Shown piece after piece: positions 52,032 through 63,769 of a DNA stretch of 64,000 nucleotides. Source of the DNA: Octopus sinensis (Eukaryota); assembly GCF_006345805.1 (NCBI RefSeq), contig NC_043003.1:97278001-97342000 (forward strand), in the 5' to 3' direction. How positions within the stretch are numbered: position 1 is the stretch's first letter; each line of letters opens with the position of its first letter. The notes beneath the pieces were generated by a model. That model was given only the letters and a program-made list of their open reading frames with translations, was not told the DNA's origin and did not search any database. Position numbers and translations under genes: made by a program.

Positions 52032-52385
52032 GTGGAGGCGCAATGGCCCAGTGGTTAGAGCAGTGGACTCAAAGTTGTAGGATTGCGGTTTCAATTCCCA
52101 GACTGGGCGTTGTGAGTGTTTATTGAGCAAAAGTACCTAAAAAGCTCCATGAGGCTCCAGCAGGGGTTGGTGGTGAACCCTGCTGTATTTTTTCACCACA
52201 ATTTTCTCTCATTCTATCTTCCTGTTTCCATTGTCACACTCTGTGTCATGCTGAATCTCCCCGAGAACTACTTTAAAGGTACACGTTTGTGGAGTGCTCA
52301 GTCACTTGTATGTTAATTTCATGAGCAGGCTGTTCCATTGATCGGATCAACTGGAACCCTCACCGTCGTAACCGATGGAGTGGCA
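52032..52385 (+). mobile_element. SINE C
   Basis: Homologous to 14209-14593. Confidence 0.9.
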
Positions 52386-53103
52386 CTGATTTGTTAGTCA
52401 ATCATTTTCCATGTAAAGAGTAGAAGTAGAATGGTATGCCTGTCTTCAAATTCTAAAACAATGTGGATCTTTACCTTCTAGTGCAGGAATATTTGCATAA
52501 AATGAAGCAAAAGTAATTGAGCGATTAAAATTTTGGAATATTTTTCAAAGTGTAGTTTGGGTTCATAAGGATAAAGTTGCCGAGGAGAAAATCACACTTT
52601 ATTGTCACACCAATAGTTTAGAGAATCATTTCTGTATCTCAGTGTCAAACTAAGAACAGAATCTATCCATTTCTGTGATACTGTGTGGTTCAACTGCAAC
52701 TTGACCATTCTAACGTTATACCTTTGATGAATCAAATCATACTTATGTCTCTTTGTTTGAACACTTCTTAAATTAAGCAACCATTCTTTGTTCATGTTTT
52801 CTTGTTATACTTGATTTCTCTCTTGAAGTTCTTTCTGCAGTTCTTCAATCATGTTATTTCATGCCATTCCCTCAATGACATCACATACAGGATGCTTGCA
52901 CTTAATTTGACAGCTTGCATAAATGGAAAAGAAACCACAATATCCTATCAAAAAGATAAAAGCATTTAAAAAATAAAAATAATAATAACTAGATTATGGC
53001 TGGGAAAATAACAGATTACTCAAACTAGCCACTTTCAGCTTCCACCATGGCTTCAAGAAAGAAGCTGGTGCATGCATTCCTCATTGTGTCCCTGGAAAGA
53101 TCT

Positions 53104-53332
53104 TTAACCCTTTTGTTACCAACCTGGCTGAAACTGGCTCTGGCTCTGTTGTACAAACGTCTTGTTTTCTTAAGGTTTGAATTAAAATCTTCCACCAAAC
53201 CTTAGTCAAAATTTATGCTCCTAACACTAGCTTAATGATAACTAAGTTATTCTATTAAATTCTTTGTTATATTTAAAGTAATTGAAAGAAACACAGAGCA
53301 TCTCAAAATAAATACAGTAACGAAAGGGTTAA
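53104..53332. mobile_element. piggyBac-like MITE
   Basis: TTAA-cccttttgttac ... gtaacgaaaggg-TTAA; 12-bp TIR with 1 mismatch. Confidence 0.8.
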
Positions 53333-54747
53333 ACACCTCCTTAATCTTTGTCACTAGCTTGGCCTTGGTGTTGCAGGCAGAGTGGCTGGTGTCTTTCTCA
53401 ACCACACACAACACAGTCATCCATGGATTACAACTAAGGGAATTAGGAAGCCAGAAATTAAGTCATAGAAATTCTATGACAACCATTCTGACTCTTTCTG
53501 AAGGTATGGCAAGGATCCAAATCCTGCTACCAAACATATGGCCTTTCAGCAGCAACCCTCTCTAGCTTGGTTTTGACCACAGCTTCCCATAGCCATCTGA
53601 ATTGAGCCTAAAGCCATGTTCAAAGATGTGGGGGAGGAATTCTGGCATGCAGTCAGAATGCCTGCTGCATCCTGCTGGCCACAGCTTTGTAGTTTCCATT
53701 GTAGCAGCCCATGTTACATCTTACAGCTTTTCCTATATTCACAAAGCACTGAAAACAGTCATGATATCACTATGTTGCTACCAGGTGTGAACCATCATGA
53801 TACTGGTAGCTCTTTTCCAATATTCGAATGACTCCCAGTCCTCAATGCCAGCAAACTCCTTCTCACCTACAACTTTAATCTTTCCAACACTGTTGACTAT
53901 TCACCAAACACCAAGCTGCTCCTGAAGACATGAGACATTAAAAATTGCCAAATTTAGCCTGAACACTCTGTATGTTAGATTTTCTTATCCATTAATTTTG
54001 TTTTAAAATATCCTCTTATTTCCTACCTTTCTTCTTCTCCCATCCTTTGCTTCCTAACAGTAGATTTGAACAAGTGATTAGTGTTGTTTGTTTTATAAAT
54101 TAGAAAAAAAGTAAATTTTCACCCACTTTTTTGGTCTGGAATGTTATTTTAAATAAAATTCGGGGTGTAAAAATTTGCAGATGTGTAAGAAACAAAAAAA
54201 TGCAAAGTGAGAATAAAATTTGTAAAAGAGTAAACAAAAACTAGAAACAGCCGAAAAATAGAATAATATAATCAACAGCTGTTCTTATATGCAATTAAAG
54301 CTTATAGACTATTATTAGTCACTTCTATAAGTATAATAAACTGCAAAATAATTTTAAAAAAAGCTTCACAACATAAAAATAATGATGATGATGACTATAA
54401 TTATGAAGATAAGTATCACAATGTTTTCTAATTGTTAGCACATTTTGTTTGTCTTTACATTTTGAGTTCAAATTCTGCTGAGGTTGACTTAACCTTTCAT
54501 CCTTTCGAGGTCAATAAAATAAGTACCAGTTGAGCACTGGGGTCCATGTAATCAACTAACTCCCTAACCTGAACTTGCAGGCCTTGTGCCAAAATTCGTA
54601 ACCGTTATTATAGTCATGTTTTCTGCATAAGAATTGGGCTGGCCTGCATTATATCTTATCACCATTCCTTGAAATCCAACAACTATCTGATCTTTGAGGT
54701 ACAGTATTCTCATATCTAATCTCCTCCACTAGATATATTACACTGTC

Positions 54748-55103
54748 ATAGCACTCCATCGGTTACGACGATGAGGGTTCCAGTTGATCCGATCAATGGA
54801 ACAGCCTGCTCATGAAATTAACATGCAAGTAGCTGAGCACTCCACAGACATGTGTATCCTTAACGTAGTTCTCAGGGAGATTCAGCATGACACAGAGTGT
54901 GATAACAGAAACAGGAAGATAGAATGAGAGAAAATTGTGGTGAAAAATTACAGCAGGGTTCACCACCACCCCCTGCTGGAGCCTCATGGAGCTTTTTAAG
55001 TACTTTTGCTCAATAAACACTCACAACGCCCAGTCTGGGAATTGAAACCGCAATCCTACAACTGCGAGTCCACTGCTCTAACCACTGGGCCATTGCACCT
55101 CCA
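54748..55103 (-). mobile_element. SINE C
   Basis: Homologous to 14209-14593. Confidence 0.9.
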
Positions 55104-55153
55104 CATTACACTGTATACTGAAGATATATATATATATATTTATTTATTTATTT

Positions 55154-58100
55154 CATCATCATCATCATCATCGTTTAGCGTCCGTTTTCCATGCTAGCAT
55201 GGGTTGGACGGTTCTACTGGGGTCTGTGAAGCCAGAAGGCTTCATCAGGCCCAGTCAAATCTGGCAGTGTTTCTACGGCTGGATGCCCTTCCTAACGCCA
55301 ACCACTCCGTGAGTGTAGTGGGTGCTTTTTACGTGCCACCCGCACAGGTGCCAGACAGAGCTGGCAACTGGCCACGAACGGATGGTGCTTTTTATGTGCC
55401 ACCGGCACAAGGGCCAGGCGAGGCTGGCAATGGACACGAACGGATGGTGCTTTTTACGTGCCACCGGCACGAGGCCAGTCGGGGCGGCGCTGGCAACGGT
55501 CGCGAAACGGAAGGTTCTCTTACATGCCACCGGCACTGGTAACACATCTGCAATTTCCATTGATCGATTTCGATTCTGATCCTCACTTGCCTCAACAGGT
55601 CTTCACAAGTAGAGTTTCGACATGCCACCGGCACTGGTAACACATCTGCAATTTCCATTGATCGATTTCGATTCTGATCCTCACTTGCCTCAACAGGTCT
55701 TCACAAGTAGAGTTTTGTGTCCCAAGAAGGGAAGGTATGCATACGTAGGCTGGCTCCATCCCATGTTATGGACTCACTTGTCCTGCTGGGTCTTCTCGTG
55801 CACAGCACACTTCCAGAGGTCTCGGTCTCTAGTCATTTCCTCAGTGAGACCTAAAGTTCGAAGGTCGTGCTTCACCACCTCGTCCCAGGTTTTCCTGGGT
55901 CTGCCTCTTCCGCAGGTTCCCTCAACAGCTAGGGTGTGGCACTTTTTCACACAACTATCTTCATCCATTCTCGCCACATGACCATACCAGCGCAAACGTC
56001 TCTCTTGCACACCACAACTGATGCTTCTTAGGTCCAGCTTTTCTCTCAAGGTACTTACACTCTGCCGAGTATGAGTACTGACATTACACATCCATCGGAG
56101 CATACTGGCTTCATTTCTTGCGAGCTTACGCATATCCTCAGCAGTTACGGCCCATGTTTCACTGCCATGTAGCATGGCTGTTCGTACACACACATCATAC
56201 AGTCTGCCTTTCACTCTGTGCGAGAGGCCTTTTGTCACCAGCAGAGGTAAGAGCTCTCTGAACTTTGCCCAAGCTATTCTTACTCTAGCAGTTACACTTT
56301 CAGCACACCCGCCCCCGCTGCTGACTTGGTCACCTAGGTAACGGAAACTATCAACTATTTCTAGTTTTTCTCCCTGGAAAGTGACGGAAGTTGGTCTCAG
56401 AGCATTTTCAGTGTTTATTGTTCCTGAGCATCTGCCACATACAAAAACCATCTTCCTAGTTAGCCTTCCTTTGACATTGCTGCACCTCTTATGTGTCCAT
56501 AGCTTACACTTGGTGCATCTTATAGAGTTTCTACCTACACCTTTTCTACAGATCGAGCAGGGCCATCTACCTGAAGGCGTTTGTGATTTGTCTACCTTCC
56601 TACTGATTACGACTTTGGTTTTAGCTAGATTGACTCTGAGGCCCTTCGATTCTAATCCTTGTTTCCACACCTGAAACTTCTCCTCCAGTTCTGATAGCGA
56701 CTCAGCAATTAGAGCAAGGTCATCAGCATAGAGGAGCTCCCAAGGGCATCCTGTCTTGAATTCCTCCGTTATTGCCTGGAGGACTATGATAAATAGGAGG
56801 GGGCTGAGGACTGAGCCTTGGTGGACCCCTACCTCTACCCGGAATTCTTCACTGTAATCGTTGCGAACCCTCACCTTACTAGCAGCGTCCCTATACATTG
56901 CCCGCACAGCTCTCACTAACCATTCATCTATCCCTAGTTTCCTCATTGACCACCAGATAAGGGATCGGGGGACCCTGTCGAAGGCTTTCTCCATGTCAAC
57001 AAAAGCCAGGTACAGGGGCTTATCTTTGGCTAGGTATTTCTCCTGCAGTTGCCTTACCAGGAATATAGCATCAGTAGTACTTTTCCCTGGCACAAACCCA
57101 AACTGCATCTCATCTAAACTAATTCTCTCTCTAATTAGTTGGGCTATGACCCTCTCCGTAACCTTCATCACCTGATCCAACAGCTTGATACCTCTGTAGT
57201 TATTTGTATCTAGGGCATCACCTTTACCTTTGTAGCAGTTGACTATTATGCTGCTACACCAGTCATTGGGTATGACTCCTTTGTGTATCACCTGATTAAC
57301 TCTACGGGTGACTAGGCTATAGCCGACACTACCAGACATTTTGAGCATCTCTGCAGTGATTCCTGATGGGCCTGGGGCTTTCCCTGTCTTCATGCTTCTA
57401 ATTGCCTTAGCTACCACGGAACTATCAACTCGGATAGCTGGTCCCTTTGTTGGGTCAACATTCGGCAGACTCCCTTTATCCCATTCATTTTCTTTATTCA
57501 GCAACCTTTCATAGTGGCATCTCCAAACCTCTCTCTTTGCATCCTCGTTTAGCGCAAGTGAACCATCTTCCATGCGAACACACTTCTCTCCTACCACATC
57601 ACGATTCTCTCTCACACACTGTCTTGCAACGCGAAACACCTCCAGTCTTTGGTCCTCATGGCGCAGAACATTGGCAAATTTTTTCTTATCTGCTTCCCCT
57701 CTAGCTAAATAAACCTGTCTCCTAGCTTCTCTTTTGGCAGTCTGATACAATTCCCTGCTACCCCCATTTTTCCAGACCTTCCAAGCCTGTCTCTTTTCTC
57801 TAATAGCCCTGTCTACAATATTGTTCCACCACCACGTTATTCTAGGTCGAGAGGGGACTTTGCACCAGCCACAGATCTGGTCAGTGGCTCTCAGCAGGTT
57901 GTCCCTTAGAAACGTCCAGTTGTCTTCTACCCCCTGTGATGCTCTATCCCCTTCTACTTTGTCAAAGGCTTCAAGTAATATGTCCCTAAATCTCTGTCCA
58001 TTTGCAGGATCTTTAAGCTTCCAGATCCTTCTTCTCCATATTGGTCGTCTTCTGGTTGTCCTCCTAGTCCTGATCCTAAAGTCACTAACTACCAGTCTAT

Positions 58101-58926
58101 GTTGTGGGGTACATTCTTCACCTGGGAAGGTTTTGGCATTTATAAGCAGCCATCTCTCCCTTTGCCTTGCAAGGATGTAGTCAATTTGGCTGGTATGTTG
58201 GCCCGATCGGTAAGTGACTAGGTGGCTGGTAGGTTTCCTGAAGTTAGTGTTGCAAATCATAAGATTATTTGCATCGCAGAACTCCAGCAACCTGGTTCCC
58301 TCCTCGTTGCGGGAGCCATAGCCATAGCCTCCATGTACGCCATGGAAGCCCCCAGCATGTCGTCCAACGTGACCATTGAAGTCACCAGCCACAAAGATAA
58401 GGTCTCTGTCATTCGTCAACGAGATAGTCTGCAGTAGAGTGTCATAGAATCGGTCTTTCTGTCCATCGGGTAGCCCCGACTGAGGAGCATAGGCTGATAT
58501 AATGGTTGCTAAACTATGATGAAGCACTAATCTAATCTTAAGTATTCTGTCACATACTCTGATTACCTCAATTACTTTATCTACCCATTTCTCAGCGATA
58601 AGTATACCCACGCCACCAACCCCGTCAGTGTTCCCTGCCAAGAAAAGCTTGTACCCGCGTTCCTTGCCTGTGAGGAACCTAGCTGATCCTCCTCTCCACC
58701 TTATTTCTTGCATGCAACATATATCCACACATCTCCGTTCAAGCATCTCGACTATCTCACCAGACCTACCTTTCAGTGTGCCAACGTTGAGGGTGCCAAC
58801 CCTGAGGGTGTGGGAGGCATGGGCTCTAGAGACCCTGGGACAGTGTACCTGAAAAGAAAGCTCGCATTTGGCAGAATTCATGTGCAAGTAATGAAGTAGT
58901 AAAGTAGCCTTAAGTACAACCTGCAT
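55154..58926 (-). mobile_element. RTE-type LINE, near full length, with (GAT)n tail and ~620-nt 3' UTR; 5' boundary unresolved
   Basis: Single EN-RT ORF; 3' UTR shared with five short copies; no TSD found. Confidence 0.95.
55774..58926 (-). CDS. LINE ORF: APE endonuclease, reverse transcriptase and inserted PHD finger (1050 aa, uninterrupted)
   Basis: TLNVGTL, MQE, AYAP, GDFNGH, IDY, QH; YRGIKLL, QFGF, DMEKAFD, GVHQGSVLSP, YADD; CSIC..CTKC.LWTH..C..CGRC; FRYLG; RLRWYGH...RGRPRKTW. Confidence 0.95.
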   Translation of the reverse strand: MQVVLKATLLLHYLHMNSAKCELSFQVHCPRVSRAHASHTLRVGTLNVGTLKGRSGEIVEMLERRCVDICCMQEIRWRGGSARFLTGKERGYKLFLAGNTDGVGGVGILIAEKWVDKVIEVIRVCDRILKIRLVLHHSLATIISAYAPQSGLPDGQKDRFYDTLLQTISLTNDRDLIFVAGDFNGHVGRHAGGFHGVHGGYGYGSRNEEGTRLLEFCDANNLMICNTNFRKPTSHLVTYRSGQHTSQIDYILARQRERWLLINAKTFPGEECTPQHRLVVSDFRIRTRRTTRRRPIWRRRIWKLKDPANGQRFRDILLEAFDKVEGDRASQGVEDNWTFLRDNLLRATDQICGWCKVPSRPRITWWWNNIVDRAIREKRQAWKVWKNGGSRELYQTAKREARRQVYLARGEADKKKFANVLRHEDQRLEVFRVARQCVRENRDVVGEKCVRMEDGSLALNEDAKREVWRCHYERLLNKENEWDKGSLPNVDPTKGPAIRVDSSVVAKAIRSMKTGKAPGPSGITAEMLKMSGSVGYSLVTRRVNQVIHKGVIPNDWCSSIIVNCYKGKGDALDTNNYRGIKLLDQVMKVTERVIAQLIRERISLDEMQFGFVPGKSTTDAIFLVRQLQEKYLAKDKPLYLAFVDMEKAFDRVPRSLIWWSMRKLGIDEWLVRAVRAMYRDAASKVRVRNDYSEEFRVEVGVHQGSVLSPLLFIIVLQAITEEFKTGCPWELLYADDLALIAESLSELEEKFQVWKQGLESKGLRVNLAKTKVVISRKVDKSQTPSGRWPCSICRKGVGRNSIRCTKCKLWTHKRCSNVKGRLTRKMVFVCGRCSGTINTENALRPTSVTFQGEKLEIVDSFRYLGDQVSSGGGCAESVTARVRIAWAKFRELLPLLVTKGLSHRVKGRLYDVCVRTAMLHGSETWAVTAEDMRKLARNEASMLRWMCNVSTHTRQSVSTLREKLDLRSISCGVQERRLRWYGHVARMDEDSCVKKCHTLAVEGTCGRGRPRKTWDEVVKHDLRTLGLTEEMTRDRDLWKCAVHEKTQQDK

Positions 58927-59034
58927 AACACTAGCCTTTTATATTTTGCACTGTATGAACATTACCTTACATAGGTCGAGACTAGGCGTAGGGATGGGGA
59001 AAGAGCATTTGCAATCTTCATGGGAAGCAACCCC

Positions 59035-59428
59035 GGGATGGCAACTTTCGGTATGTGTGGAGGGGGTGGGATGGCAACTTCCGGTATGTGTGGAGGGGGT
59101 GGGATGGCAACTTCCAGTATGTGTGGAGGGGACAGGATGGCAACTTCCGGTATGTGTGGAGGGGGTGGGATGGCAACTTCCGATATGTGTGGAGGGGGTG
59201 GGATGGCAACTTCCGGTATGTGTGGAGGGGGTGGAATGGCAACTTCCGGTATGTGTGGAGGGGGTGGGATGGCAAATTCCGGTATGTTTGGAGGGGGTGG
59301 GATGAAACTTCCGGTATGTTTGGAGGGGGTGGGATGGCAACTTCCGGTATGTTTGGAGGGGGTGGGATGGCAACTTCCGGTATGTTTGGAGGGATGGGAT
59401 GGCAACTTCCGGTATGTTTGGAGGGGGT
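59035..59428. repeat. 33-bp minisatellite, 12 units (gggatggcaacttccggtatgtgtggagggggt)
   Basis: Units counted directly; units 9 and 11 are 32 bp. Confidence 0.97.
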
Positions 59429-59684
59429 GGGAGGGCGGGTGAACCGCAACTTAAGAGGTTCTGTTCATTGTGTGAGCTAGCAAATGGGTTTGAAAAATCA
59501 GAGTGGCTATGAACCGGGAGACAAGACTAAACGAAAAAAATGTGTTTGAGCTAGACAGGGTAATGAGGGAATACTGAAAGAATGAGGAACAATACAATGA
59601 GATGGTAATCGAAGAATAGTGAAAGAATGATGATGATAAGTGCAAAGATAGAAGGTAGTTGTAGCGAGGCTATGCAAGTTGTGT

Positions 59685-60547
59685 CTCTGGTGATATCACA
59701 AAGTTCCTGGACTAGCTCTGCAGTGTGCCGACAAATGGCATCACATGGTTGCGTGTACAGTGAGAGCCAGCAGTGACCTTCATGAGGCAGTGTGCAGGGT
59801 GACATCACTGTGTTTGCTTTGCATGTTGTGAAATTTGCATTTTTGTGATCCCATCTATGTTGTAGTCTGCAGTTTTGTCATGGACAGGAAGTTGGATCAA
59901 AGAGCCAACATGAAATTTTGTGTTAAACTTGGGAAGTCTGCTGCAGAGACATTGAGCATACTTTGACAAGCTTAGTGATGAGGCAATGGATTGTACATGA
60001 TGTTTCAAGTGGCACAAGCACTTCAAAAGTGAAAGAATGTCCCTGAAAGACGATGACCTGCTCCAAGTGGAAATGTGGTAGTGTGTATCAAGAATTTGAT
60101 CCCCAGGGCCAGACCATCATTCAAGAGTTCTGCTTCAACGTTTTGAAGCATTTAAGGAAAGACATTTGGCAAAAGGAATTGAATCTGTGGAGTGCAACGA
60201 ATTGGATTCTTCATGATGACAATGCACCCTGTGACCAAGTTCTCCTCCTCATGAGTTTGTCACCAAAATCAGCATGGTATCACTTCCATACACATCCTAT
60301 TCACCAGATTTAGCACCTGCAGGTCATTGATTTAACACCATTGTCGGGATCCAGAGTGAATTGATGAAGGTCCTCAACTTGCTTATGGAAAACAACTTTC
60401 AGGCCAGATTCCATGACATGAAGGCTGAGACTGGTGTCTTGCTGTGCAAGGTGATAATTTCAAAGGAGGTGGTGTTAAAACTTGGGTAAATAAGTTATTT
60501 TTTTATTAAACATTGCTAGTCCTGGAACTTTTTGATATCAGCTCATA
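59685..60547 (+). mobile_element. Internally deleted mariner with TIRs
   Basis: tgatatcacaaagttcctggactag / ctagtcctggaactttttgatatca. Encodes QRANMKFCVKLGKS, WILHDDNAP and YSPDLAP. Confidence 0.85.
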
Positions 60548-61211
60548 CACACGTCTGATGATGCTCTTAATGTTTTGTCATCTCAGTTACAGGGTATAGA
60601 TCATACTTCATTTATTTCACTATGAATCATTCATGTTGTACATTCCAATCTCACCGACACATGTGTTTTCCATTTGAATGTGAGAAGAACTCTTTGTTTG
60701 CAACTTTCTCCACCCTTCTTTTTTTCACTCTACCATCTGCACATGTGCTATAAACAGTAAGCACAGATTAGGTCACCTACATAACACAAAAGACTAACAG
60801 ATTCATTCAAAGCATCCAAAACACAAATAGATGTTAGAAGATATACTTTCACATAATTAAGTGCAACAAATAACAGTTTCTGTCACTCAGAATAACAAGA
60901 CAGAGCTAATGTCATTGACATATTTAACATACTTCCAAAATACTGATAGCAGTGAAAGTATAGCTTTTTAAAAACAAACAGTTAATCTAGTGAATAGTAA
61001 CGTTATTTTTATAAAAAGATTTTGCTTTCATTCATTTTAAAAATCTTAATGCAGTCCAGATAAAAGGTGTGTCCTCAAATTAGTTGACCAATGGTTGCTC
61101 TATAAACCAAAGAAGCCATTTTATGGTTATTCAGCCTGTTAGAAACAGCAGCCAAATCTCCCTTAAATTACACCTTACTGACTTTAGAAAGAAACGATAT
61201 ATTGTAGTCAT

Positions 61212-61438
61212 GGCGGCGAGCTGGCAGAGACGTTAGCACGCCAGGCGAAGTGCTTCGCGGTATTTCGCCCGTCGCTACGTTCTGAGTTCAAATTCCGCCG
61301 AGGTCGACTTTGCCTTTCATCCTTTCGGGGTCAATAAATTAAGTACCAGTTACGTACTGGGGTTGATGTAATCGACTTAATCCCTTTGTCCTTGTTTGTC
61401 CCCTCTATGTTTAGCCCCTTGTGGGTAATAAAGAAACA
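61212..61438 (+). mobile_element. SINE B with a 16-bp TSD
   Basis: gatatattgtagtcat at 61196-61211 and 61439-61454. Confidence 0.95.
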
Positions 61439-61842
61439 GATATATTGTAGTCATGGATAAACAATGTCTGAAAGATAAAGATGAGAAGGTCATAGTTGGA
61501 TTGCCTTTAATCACAGATCTGTTTAATTAAGGCTGAGCTGAGGGTGAACAGCACCATTGTCATCTACCACCATCAGAGCACTAAGTAGCCTTATACACTT
61601 AATCAATCCACTGGAAATAGCAACCAAATCTCTCTCAAATCATACTAATAACACATTCGTAAGTGCAGGCATGGCCATATGATTGAGAGGTTCACTTTAC
61701 AACCATGTGGTTTCAGGTTCAGTCCTGCTGTGTTGTGCTACAACTCCAGGCTAACCAAAGCTTTGTGAGTAAATCTGCCTGGCAGAAACTGAAAAATTGC
61801 CTATTGTATACGTGTGTGTGTGTGTCCTTGTTTTGATATATT

Positions 61843-62222
61843 CTTTTACTTGTTTCAGTCATTTGACTGCAGCCATGCTGGAGCACCACCTTTAGTCGAG
61901 CAAATCAACCCCAGGACTTATTCTTTGTAAGCCTAGTACTTATTCTATCAGTCTCTTTTGCTGAACCACTAAGTTACAGGGGGTCGTAAAAGCACCAGCA
62001 TCGGTTGTCAAGCGATGTTGGGGAGGAGGGGAAAAACACAGACACACAAACATATATATATATGCATATATATGACGGGCTTCTTTCAGTTTCCATCTAC
62101 CAAATCCACTCACAAGGCTGTGGTCGGCCTGAGGCCATAGTAGAAGGCACTTGCCCAAGGTGCCACACAATGGGACTGAACCTGGAACCATGTGGTTGGT
62201 AAGCAAGCTACTTACCACACAG
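61843..62222 (-). mobile_element. SINE A, tail-to-tail with a decayed head at about 61663-61830
   Basis: Family consensus match. Confidence 0.88.
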
Positions 62223-62679
62223 AGATCTTCAAGGATGTAGTGTCCCAACAGCTAACAACTGATGCAATTAGTTTCTTCCATGCTTCAGCGATTTTGAGCA
62301 GGAAAAAATGTTTCCAAAAGTCATGGGTGTTGTATTGTTTTTTTTAATTTTATGAGCATGTCCACAAGTGTTAGACATATGGAATTCAAAAAGGTGCCCA
62401 AGCTTGTTGTTGGAAAGATGGTTGATAATATGGTGAATGTCTACCCGGTCAGTTGCTAGAAGTCAGAGCTTTAATGTGTCCGTACCCAAGGAATCAAGGC
62501 GTTCAGAGTATGGTAGATGCCTAACAGCAGGTATTCAGCAAGTTGCATGTTTCTGAACAGTTTCCAGGAAACTGATATGCCAAGTAAGATAGGGTTTCCA
62601 TACTGGTGATGCAAACTCCAAGTGTGGACGTAAAATTAGCTTTAGAAGATATCTCAATATTTCAGCAACACTATTGATT

Positions 62680-62900
62680 CATCATCATCATCATCATCGT
62701 TTAGCATCCGCTTTCCATGCTAGCATGGGTTGGACAGTTTGACCGGGGTCTGGGAAGCCAGAAGGCTGCACCAGGCCCAGTCTGATCTGGCAATGTTTCT
62801 ACGGCTGGATGCCCTTCCTAACGCCAACCACTCCATGAGTGTAGTGGGTGCTTTTTACGTGCCACCGGCACAGGTGCCAGACGAGGCTGGGAAACGGCCA
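62680..62900 (-). mobile_element. 5'-truncated RTE-PHD LINE tail
   Basis: Matches the 3' UTR at 55154 onward. Confidence 0.9.
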
Positions 62901-63214
62901 CGAGAAAACGTCAGGACATGATACCTACAGCCAGTCAGCAAAGCTTGTAGTTGACAATAGGAAGGCCATCTAGTCAAGTAATCAAAGACATTTATTAAAA
63001 GAGAGCTCAGGTTCTAACACCTCATCACTTTTAACAAGTAATCCAACCAATACCAACCAGCAGAGAATGATTTCATATTTTTCTTCCAGGTTCATCTTAG
63101 GATTTCTAATTAGTGTACAATGGAAGTCAGGTGAAAAAGTTGAATGCTGGTGTAATGGTACTTTTTGTTTGTTCCTTCTTGAGCCACACCTGGCTTATAA
63201 GGTTTCTTTGGTGT

Positions 63215-63437
63215 ATAGGTTCCCCACCTGGACGGGACGCCGGTCCGTTGCAGGTGAGCTGCAAGATGCAGGAGGAAAGAGTGAGAGAAAGTTGTGGCAA
63301 AAGAGTCAGCAGAAGTTCGCCATTACCTTCTGTCGGAGCCGTGTAGAGCTTAGGTGTTTCACTCATAAACACACACATCGCCCAGTCTGAGATTTGAACC
63401 CACGATCCCTCGACTGCGAGTCCACTGCTCTAACCAC
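63215..63437 (-). mobile_element. SINE with a family-C-like head and a different tail
   Basis: gtggaggcacatagcctagtgg head; ggaccggcgtcccgtccagg tail. Confidence 0.75.
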
Positions 63438-63625
63438 TAGGCTATGTGCCTCCACAATGGTACTTTTTGGCAGATAATAATTCGATATATGCATACTCAT
63501 AGCAGAGATGTAGGTAGATGGGGTCATTAAGCAACAAGGACATGTGATAGAATAATTAATATAGTTGTATACATGAAATAAGGCATTTGTGAGCCACACA
63601 TTATACTAACATGAGAAAAAGGATC

Positions 63626-63769
63626 AATTGGCATTAAGAAGGGCATCCAGCCGTAGAAACATTGCCAGATCAGACTGGGCCTGGTGCAGCCTTCTGGCTT
63701 CCCAGACCCCAGTTGAACCGCCCAACCCATGCCAGCATGGAAAGCGGACGTTAAATGATGATGATGATG
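63626..63769 (+). mobile_element. 5'-truncated RTE-PHD LINE tail
   Basis: gaagggcatccagccgtagaaac...ttaaatgatgatgatg. Confidence 0.9.

Noticed and set aside
55120-55153. Target-site duplication for the large LINE
   Set aside because: No matching copy found between 58.8 and 59.7 kb, so the 5' boundary is left open.
56381-58899. Several plus-strand ORFs inside the LINE
   Set aside because: Antisense shadows of the RT ORF.
59035-59428. CRISPR-like array
   Set aside because: Head-to-tail repeats without unique spacers, in a eukaryotic context.
58939-59480. MATSGMCGGGG / PEVAIPPPPHI repeat ORFs as a structural protein (reflectin- or suckerin-like)
   Set aside because: Six ORFs on both strands are open and two 32-bp units shift frame; no family motif is present.
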